DNA of 64,000 nucleotides, taken from assembly GCA_002104905.1 (NCBI GenBank), contig MCFE01000164.1:83857-147856 (forward strand), given 5' to 3'. The stretch is from Basidiobolus meristosporus CBS 931.73 (taxonomy: Eukaryota > Fungi > Basidiobolomycota). The notes below the pieces were generated by a model. It did not search any database, was not told where the DNA came from, and worked only from the letters and a program-made list of their open reading frames with translations. The position numbers and the translations under genes were made by a program. Within the stretch, counting starts at the first letter, position 1. The number at the start of each line of letters is the position of its first letter. This document shows positions 39,689 through 52,301 of the stretch, piece by piece.

Positions 39689-40413
39689 ATGGCCGATTTA
39701 AAGGTAAATTTCGGTTCTCTCCCACTTCTTTCAGATAAAGTGCCAACCGTGTGCTCAACCAATTGACTCGATTCTGGTTTTCAGGAAGAGAACGACCTCA
39801 TCGATCACGCCACTTTCGATCAACTGTTGGAGATGGACGATGATGACGACCACGAGTTCTCCAAATCTATAGTATACAACTACTTCGAGCAAGCCGAGAC
39901 CACTTTCAATGATATGGATAACGCCCTGTTAGTTTCTTCCCTTTGTTTGCTCTAGTCGTGTCCGATGGAGATGTCCCTTGAAACGGGGTCTTCCAATGAC
40001 CGACTTGTTTGCCCTTGAAGTAGACACATTTGCTAACCTCGAGAACGCTTCTTTTTTGCTGTGTTAGGGGCGAGAAAGATCTTCAGGCGCTTTCCCGGTT
40101 GGGCCATTTCCTCAAAGGCAGCTCAGCCGCCCTAGGCCTCCAAAAGGTCAAGGTTTCCTGCGAGAAGATCCAACACTATGGGAATCAAAAGGACGAGACT
40201 GGTACGAAGAGTATTCCTGAGGAGGAGGCCCTGGAAAAGATCACCTCCTTGCTGACTCAAGTGAAGGAGGAGTATCAAGAGGCCGAGAAATATCTCAAAC
40301 ATTTCTACGAGGAAGTTTCACATGATGAGGACGAAGAGGAGGAGGAAGAAGAGGAAGAGGAGGAGGAGGAGGAAGAAGAAGAGGAGGAGGAGGACGATCT
40401 TGAGGACAATTAA
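39689..40413 (+). CDS. YPD1: Histidine phosphotransfer (HPt) protein; exons 39689-39703, 39785-39927, 40068-40413; 167 aa with an acidic tail
   Basis: MADLK|EENDLIDHATFDQLLEMDDDDDHEFSKSIVYNYFEQAETTF...L|GEKDLQALSRLGHFLKGSSAALG contains the HPt phospho-His motif HFLKGSS. Introns GTAAAT..TCAG and GTTAGT..CTAAC..TTAG keep frame. Confidence 0.93.
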
Positions 40414-42118
40414 ACAAGCCATCATACATAACTCATTTGGTTGTTTTCAATTTTTTATTAACTGGCTTCCTCCCAATGGAAATGTAATTATATCCAACCT
40501 CACGTTCTCTCTTTCCCACCATGATGTATCTCCTATTTTATGTAGCCATTTCTGTTCTTCTGATAGACAAACTACATTCAATATCGAAAGCTCAATTCCT
40601 TCTACAGAACTGACCATTTTTGCATGACTCCTTCTTTTGCGTTCGCTCCATTCCTTGTCAATTGTTCAGATCATGTTTGGTGTGTTCAAGCGATTTGTTT
40701 GTTGGTGACTACAAGAAAGATGAAGTTCACACTCTGTGCATTGACAAGGTGTTTTGCTGACGGGAGCTGGGATATATATGACTGGTTGATTTGTTGAAGC
40801 ATGTGTGTTGCCGACTAAAGCGGGCTTGTTTGGGACCTCCCTAGGTATGGGGCACTATTTGCGTTCGCGTGCTTCTTCGCAACAGCGAGTTACGCTAGGT
40901 TGTCCAGTCGTTTCGCATACCGGAAAATCCCTTAAGCACGAAGCGCAACCAAGTTGCCCGCCGGCGATTTTCGCCCAAACCTGCGAGTATATCCCCCTTT
41001 CCGTAAAAGAGGATTCCAGCAGTGGAAAGTGGAGTGCACCCGGTCTCGACCGAACTTACCAAAAGCCCATAAAACAGCCAGGATTCTTGCCTCGGACGCG
41101 AAAATCCATTGTCCGGGAACACCCTGGGAGATCGCCATCTCGAAGGAGCGAGATCTGTATGAAGTTAATTCTTCTTCTTCTGGGTTAAATCCAGACCAGA
41201 CCTACTTAAACCCAAGGTGCTGCGTTGCCACAGGCCAGCCATTGGACAGGATCCGTAGTATATATATAGGCGGCATGATTTTGCATCATGCCGCCTGTGG
41301 ATGCCATTCCAAAGAAATCCTCTCTTCTTACTTAGCACTATTTTGGGATCTAGATAGTTCCGAGGGTCACTACCATCTCACCGGTCCGATGTGTTTAGTG
41401 GTAGCTGCGCATGAATATAGGCGCTGGACTTCCTATTTGGTGGATTACCTTGTAAGGCAAGGGATCACAGTACAGAAAAGAGCTCATTGCTTGTGCGATA
41501 TGCCACCAAGTGCCAACCTCCCAATTGGAAGGTCAATGGCTGAATATGGCTGACATTGTTTTAAGATTAACCTGCGCGATGCCGATCAATACAAGGCCAA
41601 CTCCACTCACTCTGAATGGTGGCTCCCATGAATTAGCATCCGTGTTAGTCTTGATAAGATTATCCTAAAGGGTATCGGGAACCAGCAACCATTGCTCACT
41701 GGAGAGAATGTTCTTTGGCACATATGCGTAGCATTGGTGGGTAAGCGATCAGGGGAAGCGGCGAAGTTCCGGGCAAATACGAATGCGTCACTCATGGCGG
41801 AAATCTCGGGAATTTTATCGTTGGGGGAATTGACTAAGGGAAATACATATGGTACAAGTGCGAATTGTCTACGCTCTAACGATATTACTTGACCCTTCAT
41901 AGCCATCCTCTTGGCTGGGGGTTGCTTACAAGGCTGCAGTAGATTGGATCAGAGGGTGACTTGTGCCTGCGGGCAAACACAAGGGATATTGATATATGAT
42001 ATCTTGGAAATGATTAAAGTGGGAAGAAACCTGGGGGATTTTTACAGTGAGTGATGAAACAAAAAGTGAGCCAAAATGACGATATGATGTGGACTGGAAT
42101 GTGGGATGCTTGTTATGG

Positions 42119-42865
42119 TTATGATTCGTCCAAGGAATTGCTCTCGGCAGGCTGTGCTCCGTGAAGTCTGAGGTGTCTTCTGAGGTTCGATTCCACGGAA
42201 AACCTTTTGTTGCAGCCTTCATGGACACAGAAAAAGGGCTTTTCCCCGGTGTGCGTGTACATGTGAGTTCTCAGTGAGCTTGGTCTGGAAAATCTCTTTT
42301 TGCAAACCTCGCAGATGTGTCTTCGGCCATCGGTGTTTCTCGAAAGAGTCATAATTACCGGCCCTTTGTAGAACTCGACAACCCTCTCCTCTGTTGGCTC
42401 ATTGTCAGAAGAGGAAAGGGAGCTCGTTGCAGGGCGCTTTGTTTGTTCCACGACCAAAGCCGAGTTAACCAGCAGAGATACCCCCTGCTTGGAGAAGTCG
42501 AGCGTCGTAGTGGCCTGGAAGGTAGAAGAGTCAAAGCACGGCAGTAGATTCTTATACGAATCTTCCTCCAAAGGAGGCTTGTGCTCTCCATCATTTGAGG
42601 AATCCGAAGACGGATGAGGCTGGGTTCTCTTTTCAATAGCAGAGAGATACGAGTTGGTCAGCTTTTTGTCCAGACCAGCCCGCCAGTACTGCAGCGTGTC
42701 TGTCTGCACACGTGGCTCCAGGGCAGGAAGCTTTCTCTTGTGGGGCTCTTTGGTGGTTGGCGAATTCCCCTTCCACTCTACCGGTGGGGTTGAAAAATGC
42801 TTCTCGGAAACGTCCACAAATTCTCCGATGTGTGGAAGTGATAAGCAGCCGTTTTGGATGGACAT
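42119..42865 (-). CDS. Two-finger C2H2 zinc-finger transcription factor, 248 aa
   Basis: [53 protein letters not shown] with a canonical TGEKP linker. Confidence 0.9.
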   Translation of the reverse strand: MSIQNGCLSLPHIGEFVDVSEKHFSTPPVEWKGNSPTTKEPHKRKLPALEPRVQTDTLQYWRAGLDKKLTNSYLSAIEKRTQPHPSSDSSNDGEHKPPLEEDSYKNLLPCFDSSTFQATTTLDFSKQGVSLLVNSALVVEQTKRPATSSLSSSDNEPTEERVVEFYKGPVIMTLSRNTDGRRHICEVCKKRFSRPSSLRTHMYTHTGEKPFFCVHEGCNKRFSVESNLRRHLRLHGAQPAESNSLDES

Positions 42866-44740
42866 TAATGGATTAGATACTTGGCAAGTCTGTGGTTCGA
42901 GGTTAAGGTAGAGGGGTATCTAGGTGGGTTTTAGATAAGAAACAGATGGGAGCTCTTTCTTAAAAATCAATATTTATCCGGAAAATCGATGTTGACCTGA
43001 TTGCAGAAACCGAGGGTATATTTGCGGTATTGATCAACTGAATATAAAAGATCGAGTGGTGCCAACTGCCACCTTCTCAAAGCATTCTGATCTTGAATGG
43101 AATGATCCACACTTTTAATTTTGTCACAGCGAGCTGTTGGACAAATGAATGCAGTATTGCATGCTCCAAGTCACGATGGAAACAATGCTCCCACTTGGGC
43201 ATTGAACGGCTTTGCCGTTGATGAGGTAGATAAGATCAATGCTACCAAGGCATGAATGGCGAAGTGCTACTCAATGATATGGTGTGGGATCTTAAGCCAA
43301 GATTAGAGATTCGCTCGTAGTACGACAGGCTAGGCCTAGATTTAATGTGGCGGATTCGTCTATAATTGATGATTGTATGGTCCTATTGCCAGCCGATCCA
43401 TCAACATCAACATCAGCATCAGCATCGTCGCCATTCTCCAACACAGCAAATAGATTCGGTTTCCCAGAGGGTTCCTGATTTAACCAAATCAGTGAGCATA
43501 CAAGGTTGTGGGCTAGGAAATTGCACTCGTAGTGGCTTAAGAGGTGTGTGAGAATCCAGATCTATTTGCCATGCTACACATCAAGTGACAGACTAACACT
43601 CCATTCAGGATAAATCGCCATCTTCCTTTGTGCACCAATGCAGTGCCATTATTGGTGATTGGCATACTCCGTAACATATGCCGTTTTTGGCCCCATTGCT
43701 GGGAAAAAGCCCGAGACAACCATCACGCCATGAGCCAAGAATCATGCCGACCACTGGCAGACAGCGTAAAGGATGGCCAATTGCCAAAACGGAGTCGTAC
43801 ATTAGTTCATGAAGATCGATCTTCGTCATGTTATTCTGAGCAAAGAATATTCATCGAGATCCGGTTCGAGGTGACACGCAATAAGGAGATTTTTCCTTAT
43901 GACCATCGATTTCCCTGAACCTGGATTTCTCATCGTCTCCTGAAGCAATTTACCAGGCTAGCCGTCCACATACCTGGAGTGCCTTTTTCCAAGACGTGGC
44001 CTGGTTTGCACTGCACCAGGCGGGCTCCGGGAAGCCCCCTTCTCGAGTTTCGGCCTGCGTGCTTGTTAGAGTGCTTGGGGAATCCGTTGCAACGCTTCCC
44101 AAGGCTGCAGTAGTCATCAGGTGTCCGCCGGAAGTACAATGCCATTATACGAACGTGCCCGGTTTGGGTTAGACTTGGTTGGTACCATGGAACCCATCCT
44201 ATTGGGACTTTTGCATCGCCGAAATACAAGTTTTGCTTCGCGCCGTACTATAGTTTCTCCGAGGATAGCGTAAGCCAAGAAATCGAGGATTTGTGGTGGC
44301 CATGAAACCCGGGTTAGCTTTAGTCCAGAACACCCGCAGGAGTGTCCCAAAATAGAAATGGAAACTACGGCGATTTGGCCTCGGAGGATTACCAAAAATG
44401 GAGGCTATTCTCATGCTGTCCACTCTTGGCCCAAACCTGGTGCAGTGCCAAGGCTTTCGGTATATATTATCTACCTTTATTGCACACATCAACATATGGT
44501 ATTACGTTGTATTTCAAGAATGGACAGGTTTGGATGCGCACTGATAAAATCAGGAAGATTCTTGATCATGCCAGTATTGAGGCATCCAACGGGAAGCAGC
44601 CAACAGCGACATGCTAGGATTGTTTTGTTCAAAGTATACAAAGCAGAATTGTAAAAGAAAATACAGAACGATTAAATAGCGCTACTTCGCGATAAGGGTT
44701 ACTACAGGGTGGGTGGTTTTACAAGGAGTTAGCGGAGGAG

Positions 44741-46064
44741 CTAACAGCCCTCGTGGTACAGGCGCGTTGCTACTCGAAGGAAGAAGTCAACTGCATCAAA
44801 CCGGGTCTGGCCAATGGTGCTAATTCTAAATCTACTGTTGAGATCCCAGTGGTTGGCCTCGATGGTTTCGATATATTTGCCCCAGCGTGCTGACTCTAAG
44901 CTCACCAGTCCATCGTTGTCGCCTTCATGGCTCATTATAACCCCTTGGGTCAACCATAAAGGCGACATCCATGGAATCGCCTTAGCTTGGGCTCCATAAG
45001 AGAAGTAGGCGACATCTGGAGAATCGGGTGTGTTTGGATTAAAGTATTTTCGGCAGTAGTCGGTCGTAAGGTTGGCGTATGCGGGCTCATCCAGCAGAAA
45101 GCTGATCCAGCCAAGATCGGGATGAAACCCCGCGGGGTATTTGGCATTTGTGGGAGAGAGGTATTTGAGGAGGTTGTGCTTCCGTTTCATGCGATCAGGG
45201 TAGACCTCTTGGGCAACCTCGCCTAGAGAAACAAATCCAACACCAAACTGGTCCCTACACCAGTCCATGAAGGGGCTTCCTCTGTGCGGTGTGCATAGGG
45301 TGGTCAAGGATTGCACTTTGTATTTTTTGGGTCGCAGGTGGGTAATGAGATACCGGCAATCCAACCCCCCCTAGTGACGGTAAGTGGTTAGTGACTTGTT
45401 CAGGAGACGGATCATCGTAAGGTTGGTACCATTGAATGCGCAATGAAGTTTACACGATCCCCTGCTGCGGCTACCTCCAGACAACTATGGATCTCCTGAG
45501 CGCGACGTCTGATCTCTCCAGTTCTGCGGCCCCCATTTAGTCAACCAAACTCAACACAGCGGAGATGAGAAGCGACTTACCTGGAGACGCCAGTGATGAT
45601 CACCTTGGCGCCCAAATCCTCGAGTGCTTCTTTGATTCCTTTCCAATAGTGAACCTGGAGGAGAGGTAAGAAATCCGGGCCTGAAATACCAAAGTAAGTG
45701 GCTTGTCGTTGGTTGCTAACAAGTGATGAATACCAACCTAGCTTATCGAAACCGTAAAGGCCTGTTTGGAGGTCGGTGTTACTATCGTTCGATCAATAGG
45801 TTCAGAAACGCAGGAGGACTTACCATGGCACAGCACTATTGGATTTCGTGGGGCGACGTAGCTAGGCTTTATGGGTATCTGACTGACAAGTCTATGATGT
45901 ATGGACTCCGCTTGGTCTGTCCGGCCCGATGTGAATATCTCGGTGGAGGTAATGCGATCAAGTACTCTGGATTTTACTGAGGAATAGGCCAGGACTATGT
46001 TGGAGCTATAGGAGTCTAATACTTGTCGGAGTTGGGATGAAAGTGAAAAGAGAGAAGCACTCAT
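44741..46064 (-). CDS. TGL2: Tgl2-like alpha/beta-hydrolase (triacylglycerol lipase); exons 46064-45824, 45761-45738, 45680-45581, 45523-45430, 45370-44741; 362 aa
   Basis: Spliced model reads APRNPIVLCHG|LYGFDKLG|PDFLPLLQVHYWKGI...|...FIAHSM|GGLDCRYL...LTTLCTPHRGSPF...NDGLVS...ANHWDL, with nucleophile elbow AHSMG. All four introns are GT-AG and in frame. Orthology to TGL2 is not proven. Confidence 0.85.
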
Positions 46065-47668
46065 GTATGTGTGATTGACTTGGGCTCAAAAGGATGGTTT
46101 ACGGATTACTAGGGACTCCGTGGGTTACTGGCATATATTTATACCTGTCTACATCACCGATCTTTAGTTTGTAGTACATGGACCTCTGTATCAACAATAG
46201 ATGTTTTGTATTGAAGATAATATATATGCTTATGAGATATCCAAAACCTGTCACTGTGATGAAATGATTGGCGAATCATTGCAGTAACATTATTATGTAT
46301 TAGCTCTGGCCCTAACCGATGATGTCTCCAGGGATTGCCGACTTGAATAATTTAATCGCCGAAATTGTGGCCACAGGGACATCACGTGCAACATGCGATA
46401 CATGGGACTCTTCATCAATTGAAATTGGCCTCGTGGAAAAATACGACGTCACGAGATGCTTTGGTAACCTTACGTAGATATTACGATTTTGAAGTCCTCA
46501 TTCTGTTGCATTGGCAACTGAGTGCTGAAGCACAAAATCAAGCTCCACACAATGCAATAATATTCCAACCATACCACCTGACGCAGTTACCCATGCATAG
46601 GGGGGTGTCAGAAGATAAATCGTATCTCTAGCTAATTGGTTAGTTAGATACAGCGACTTCCTAGCACTCAGTTGCTTGATCATTCAACTCTTAAAAGAGA
46701 CTCAAGCCCAGGCAATCAGACATGTATACGAATTCGATGCACTGAACCACACAAATCAACTGGCCCGTAGAATTTCCCATCCAGGGCATCGGTAGACTTG
46801 CTCTCAAAATAGGCGAGAGTACATGGCGAAGCACATCGCCTGATTAGGGGATTTTTCCGGGATGATCAGGTAGAACAACGGATTCATTGATACAGGAGAG
46901 ATGTGGTGAATGTCAATCTCTGATTAGATCGAGTCTCATGAAGTGCTGCTTTCATTGGCACGGGGGACCTACATCAAAGAGGCCGTATCTGATGCATTCA
47001 TTGGGGCACCGTTGGTCTCCAGTGCTGAGGATACGGCAATCCTTCAAACCGTCGACAACTGGAGCAGACCGGAGCCCACCTACCCACTGCCTACACCCAC
47101 CCAGCTCAAGCGTTCCCTGGATGCGCAAGTACTTATCGCGAGGCCCGATCTGGCCGTGAGATATTGGAGATGGTGGGATCCATGGACGTTGTTTTTGCTA
47201 CTGGTAACCAAATCCATATTGCCACGCATGAGAAACGTATTGGGCTTGATGTATGGGAAAGGCTGGAATGGCTGGCTTGGCTGGCTTGGGCTTCTACTCT
47301 CGTAACACCGCAAAATTGGTAACACCTATGAGGTCAGTGACCTTACATAATATCCAATTAATAGTCTCAACAATGAGCATCAGACAATGATTGATTCGTA
47401 AATGGCGTATAAAGGGCGCTTCTGATCCAATTCGGGCCATTAATTTATGTGGAATCAACACTACGCGCAATCCCTTGGTCAATAAAGGAAACTAGTTGAA
47501 TTAGCGTTAATTTTAAGTAGTCTAGGCACCTCCAGAAGAATATGTCGGTGGATCTTGAGGGATCTAATTGGACCATGGTCATTTAACATCAATGAAGCGT
47601 CCCGAGAACCTGAACACTAACCGAAGTGTCCTCATTGTAATCTTTTTCAGCCTACCCACATCGAAGTT

Positions 47669-49063
47669 ATGCTGTATGCTTATATTGCTGCTGGCATAGC
47701 TTCAATAGGAGGCCTACTCTTTGGTTATGATGTCGGTGTTATTAGCGGTGTGTTGGATATGGAGGCATTTAACACTCAGTTTCCATATTCCAGCGCTTTC
47801 TCCAAAGGTTTCATCGTGAGTAGTTTGACGCTTGGGTGTTTCGTGGGCTCGCTGGCTGCTTACTACATAGCTGATTTCTATGGACGTCGTTTTAGCATCA
47901 TATGCGGAGGAATCCTCTTCGCAATTGGCGGCGTGGTGCAAGCCAGTGCCTTCTCCCTGGGCCAGATTTACGCAGGCAGAATCCTTTCTGGCTTGGCCAT
48001 CGGTGTACTATCCATGGCTGTACCTCTGTACCAATCTGAGATTGCACCAAAACACATAAGAGGGAGTTTGGTTGGCTTCCATCAGCTAGCAATTACTTTT
48101 GGCATCCTGGTGAGCTTCTTTGTTAATTACGGGAGTAGCTTTCTGGAGGGAAACATCACTTGGCGCCTACCGTTGGCCATTCAAATCACCCCTGCCATTG
48201 TTCTCTTATTTTCAATGTCGTTTCTTCCAAAAACTCCTCGCTGGCTTGTTTCACAAGGACGCAAGGACGAGGCTATGTGCGTATTGAGGAAGGTTTGCAA
48301 CAACCCAGAAGACGAGTTCATGGAAATAGAGCTGAATATTCAGTTCGAGCGTGAGATAGGCCCGGGCTCATGGTATGAGCTATTCGAGCCCAATCTGTTT
48401 GTTCGACTACTTATCGGCGTGTCAATTCAAGCGTTCCAGCAGTTAACTGGTATCAATGCCATCATGTATTACGCGCCATCAATCTTTCATTCGTTTGGAA
48501 TTGACGACTCCGGAGCTCGCCTCTTGGCCACCGCCATCAATGGAGTTGTGAACTTCGTTTTCACGATTCCATGTGTGATATTCCTAGACAAACTGGGACG
48601 ACGACCTTTGTTGCTTGCTGGTTCGGTTGTCATGTCGGTCGCTATGGGCGTTCTTGCTGTCATCTTCGCTGTATATACGCCAACAGACTCTGAAAGACAG
48701 AATTACAGCTACGTATGTTTAGCCATCATCTTTTGCTTCGTGGCATTTTTTGCGTTCACGTGGGGCCCCATTGGATGGGTCTACCCAAGCGAGATATATC
48801 CCAATAGAGTTCGTGCCAAATGCTTAAGCATTACCACGGTGACGAACTGGACCTTCAACTTTTTGGTTGGTCTGGTAGTGCCAAAGCTAATGGAGTCCAT
48901 CAAATGGGGACTCTACGGTGTATTTGCCGTCTTTGGAGTCATTATGTTCATCAATGTCTTCTTCTTTGTCCCGGAGACGAAAGGGCTAAGTCTTGAGGAA
49001 ATCGATCAGATGTTTGACCGCAAGCGTGATGGTAAGTCCTATAGAAGGAGTCTACTGAACTAG
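47669..49063 (+). CDS. MFS sugar porter (hexose transporter-like), intronless CDS, 464 aa
   Basis: GGLLFGYD, DFYGRR, GRILSG, YQSEIAP, PKTPRWL, QQLTGINAIMYY, DKLGRR, SEIYP and PETKG sugar-porter motifs. Confidence 0.96.
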   Translation: MLYAYIAAGIASIGGLLFGYDVGVISGVLDMEAFNTQFPYSSAFSKGFIVSSLTLGCFVGSLAAYYIADFYGRRFSIICGGILFAIGGVVQASAFSLGQIYAGRILSGLAIGVLSMAVPLYQSEIAPKHIRGSLVGFHQLAITFGILVSFFVNYGSSFLEGNITWRLPLAIQITPAIVLLFSMSFLPKTPRWLVSQGRKDEAMCVLRKVCNNPEDEFMEIELNIQFEREIGPGSWYELFEPNLFVRLLIGVSIQAFQQLTGINAIMYYAPSIFHSFGIDDSGARLLATAINGVVNFVFTIPCVIFLDKLGRRPLLLAGSVVMSVAMGVLAVIFAVYTPTDSERQNYSYVCLAIIFCFVAFFAFTWGPIGWVYPSEIYPNRVRAKCLSITTVTNWTFNFLVGLVVPKLMESIKWGLYGVFAVFGVIMFINVFFFVPETKGLSLEEIDQMFDRKRDGKSYRRSLLN

Positions 49064-49879
49064 TGCACATTGCACCTACACGAACCACCTTGTGCATTCT
49101 TCATATATCATTTGGGCAAATTCATGTATTTTAAATCTACCTGGTCTTCCTAATCAGACCTCGGTTTCAACTGGACCGCGGCCATTCAAAATAAATGTAA
49201 ATCATACCGCAATATTTTCCTGTACTCTGTGCAGAATAAGCCTCACACTTTTCCCCTTCTGAAGCCAATTTTGTTATTCTGATGGAAGCAATTATACACT
49301 AGCAGGCATAATTTGGCATAGCTAACCTGGTACAATCTGTAAGGGTGTGATGGAGCAACCCGCATGTATAATTCTAACAAAGATTCATTTATGTTTAGGT
49401 AAGCCCCTATACAGTGCGAGTAAGAATGCAATTTAATTGTAATCACCAACTAGCGCAAGATGGATTGTCTGGAGTAATGCCACCATGGTACCTCATAGTA
49501 ACCATCAAGTTCTTTTACTAGCTTGGAGAGCTATACTACAGTGGATGATGTTGAAGATGATAAGTTCATGCATATATATTTCAAGTATGAAGTACATTCT
49601 TAGTTGACATTGAATTACATACAGATTTGACAATATTGTAGCTCAAATCATCATGTGACTGTGGTGGTAGGCAAATTGAAGAAATACTACCCAAATGGCT
49701 TACCAATCCATAACACAACAACTTTTGCATCTTTTCAAATTCCTACCAAAGCCTGTATAATTTGCTCTCTCAGAGGTGCTTTCAGTCCGGATAAACCATA
49801 TTTTGCTTTGTTATTATTGAGTTGACACCTAATATATTGATATATCAAAGAATTTCCATTGATGGGATTGCTAAATTAT

Positions 49880-51073
49880 GATCAGTTTACTTACAATATA
49901 TTTGGCAAGATACTGCCTAATTCTCTTAACCGGTGAAATCCCGGAAGTTGTAAAACTCATCCAAAAGGCCCCAAACTTTGCACATCATTTCCCAGCATTT
50001 TCTTGAAATACCTATATCATAGGTTTTATAAAGGCCTCACAGATGTACAAGCTCTCAAATTGATCTGAGTAAAGCAGTAAGGGAATATCATTCAATTCCT
50101 CTATAGTCCTCCAAATCACTCACAATATACCCCAGAATCTTGCTACAATATATACTTGAATGACAATATATCTTGGATCTTGGAAGAATTTATCCATAAC
50201 AATAGAGGTTTATTTCCATACTGGAAATCTTGATGAATATTATCCAATTTCCACTTAAAAGTTGGATGAGATTTGACCTGGATCAAGCTTTTTCCATGCT
50301 ATATACACAATTCCTAAGCAATACATTAAGCCTAGCTACCAATCATCTGAGAAGCTATAACAAGCATAGGTTCCGTTGCAAGCTTTGTAATTTCATCAGA
50401 ATATTCACTTAACTTGGTTATTTGAATGATGATCCAAAAGTCTTATGAGTGCTTTACCCAAATTCCTGATGGTGATTTATTCCAATTATATGACCAAAAT
50501 ATCAAATATCCAGGCAGTGAATAATCTCAAGCTTGCTTAACGGCCCCCACACTTGACACTCATGCTCTTGGGAGCTCCCTTAGCATACTTTACATATTTG
50601 TCTTGCCAAGATCATGTCAGTTACATGCAATAAAAATTTAGTGAAACCACATAATCTACTTGCTTTCCCTATCACTTCTAATAGCTCCAGAACTCTTACA
50701 ATATTACTACATCAAAAGTGCTTAAAGTGTTGTAAACTTTAGAGTAGCACCCAAATGCTTATCTAACTTGGTTACTTGGATCATAGTCTAGAAATCTTGG
50801 AGAATTCTGCTCAAATTCCTAGTGAGGATTTGCCTCAAATAACTCTGAGATTTTGGATGTCCCGGGTGCCTGATATTTTGGTGAAGTATTCAAAGAGCCG
50901 CAAACATTGTACATATGTTCCTGAGAACTTCTCAAGCTCAGTGTACACGATTTTCTCCCAAGAACTGGTAAAAGTATCTGTATTACCTTACACCCATTAG
51001 ATTGTTAAGCAATGACAAAATACTCTACTATTTGACTTGATCCCTTGCAAAATTGTCAAAAGCTCTTACAGCA
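49880..51073 (+). mobile_element. Three decayed copia LTRs (about 49880-50150, about 50380-50702, 50728-51073)
   Basis: CCCCAAACTTTGCAC and AATATTCACTTAACTTGG words, ends CTCTTACAATA and CTCTTACAGCA. The last LTR is flanked TAAAG/TACAG (possible TSD with one mismatch). Confidence 0.7.
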
Positions 51074-52301
51074 TACAGTGGCTGGTCTTATGCAACTCAT
51101 CATAGATATGATTAGGTGTAAAAGTGACACTAGTAATGCTACTTGCAGCCAAGCCTCTAAAATTTCAAGGTAGTTAGTATCAATTTGCTGGTCTAGAGCC
51201 TGCACAGGTGCCATTCAAGAATTTTCAAAACTCTTCAGGGTATCGTCAACTAAGCGGGTCTATAACCCATTTGTATAAATACAGCAATAATGATTGTTCT
51301 TGGGCGATGTGATCTAGTTGTAGTTTGCATAGCGATGAGATAATTCAAAGCGCGCCCTTTGGGACTCTCGAGCACGACGTCAAAGTCCGGGGCAAAACCA
51401 AGGAGACGCCTCCAAGAGAAAATTGTAAGACATTACCACTCGCCTAAACATATGGACAGGACTCAAAATTCGTCTTGAATGGGATTGGGATGAATCGGAT
51501 GATAAATAATGTCAGGTGCTTGGTTCGAGAAATAGAAACTAAGTGACCTCATCGACAGTAAAATCACAAGAGTAGGATTATTTGGGCAACCACAAACCAT
51601 TTTCATGTTTGGAAGCTTCGCTAATCTATGGACAGCTATTCCCAATTTGATTACTAGATGAGCTAACTCTGACTACAATCTAAGACGGTCATGCAACCAT
51701 TTGTGTAAGGTGATCTGTTGGCAATAACTAAGTGTTCAGCAATCGGTGAGCGCGCCAATACCGTTTGGCTGATGGGTTCTCGGTGTTGACCTAACAATTG
51801 TGATCAACTGGCTCTCGACTGATTTCAATCAATACTCCTGGCCTATACGGGTGCCATTGCGTAGGGTTGACTGTCCAGCAATGAACCCGAATATAGAACC
51901 GGTGCACCAGTAGCCCGATCTTAATGAAATAACCAGATAATCGTGCTGGAACACTAACCATTTAGTACCATAGATTTCCACCACAGAATCAGCCAAGAAA
52001 CTCTAATCATACAATCAACCAGTGATATCGGGTAGACGGATGAATGGTTTTCCTAGAGTGATCGAGCTCAATGATGGGATACGGGCCTAACCGCATATAG
52101 CCCAGCCAATCTGATGTAGCCAAGAACATCCGCGAATGCAACATTATACATCCCCTTTGATGCTACTCGCTAACCGAGTCCGGGAGAGATGGATTCTCCG
52201 AAAAAATTGGGTAAATAATTTACATGGTTTAATTAATGTCAATGTTTACAGAGAATGTAGAGAGGTGTGAAGAGCGATAGTTAGGTAATGTACGTGCTCT
52301 C

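Noticed and set aside
40954-41553. 199-codon ORF between YPD1 and the C2H2 gene
   Set aside because: Non-ATG start, no recognisable domain and overlapping equally weak ORFs. Not supportable as a CDS without expression data.
42184-42194. GGTTCGATTCC, a tRNA T-loop/B-box-like word
   Set aside because: It lies within the C2H2 CDS (antisense). The flanks do not form a T-stem and no A-box or cloverleaf was found. No tRNA gene was identified in the window.
38980-47290. Short tandem repeats: (ATGGACGT)3 at 38980, (CATCAR)n at 43399, (GGCTGGCTT)-like at about 47265
   Set aside because: Ordinary low-copy microsatellite-type repeats with no further structure.
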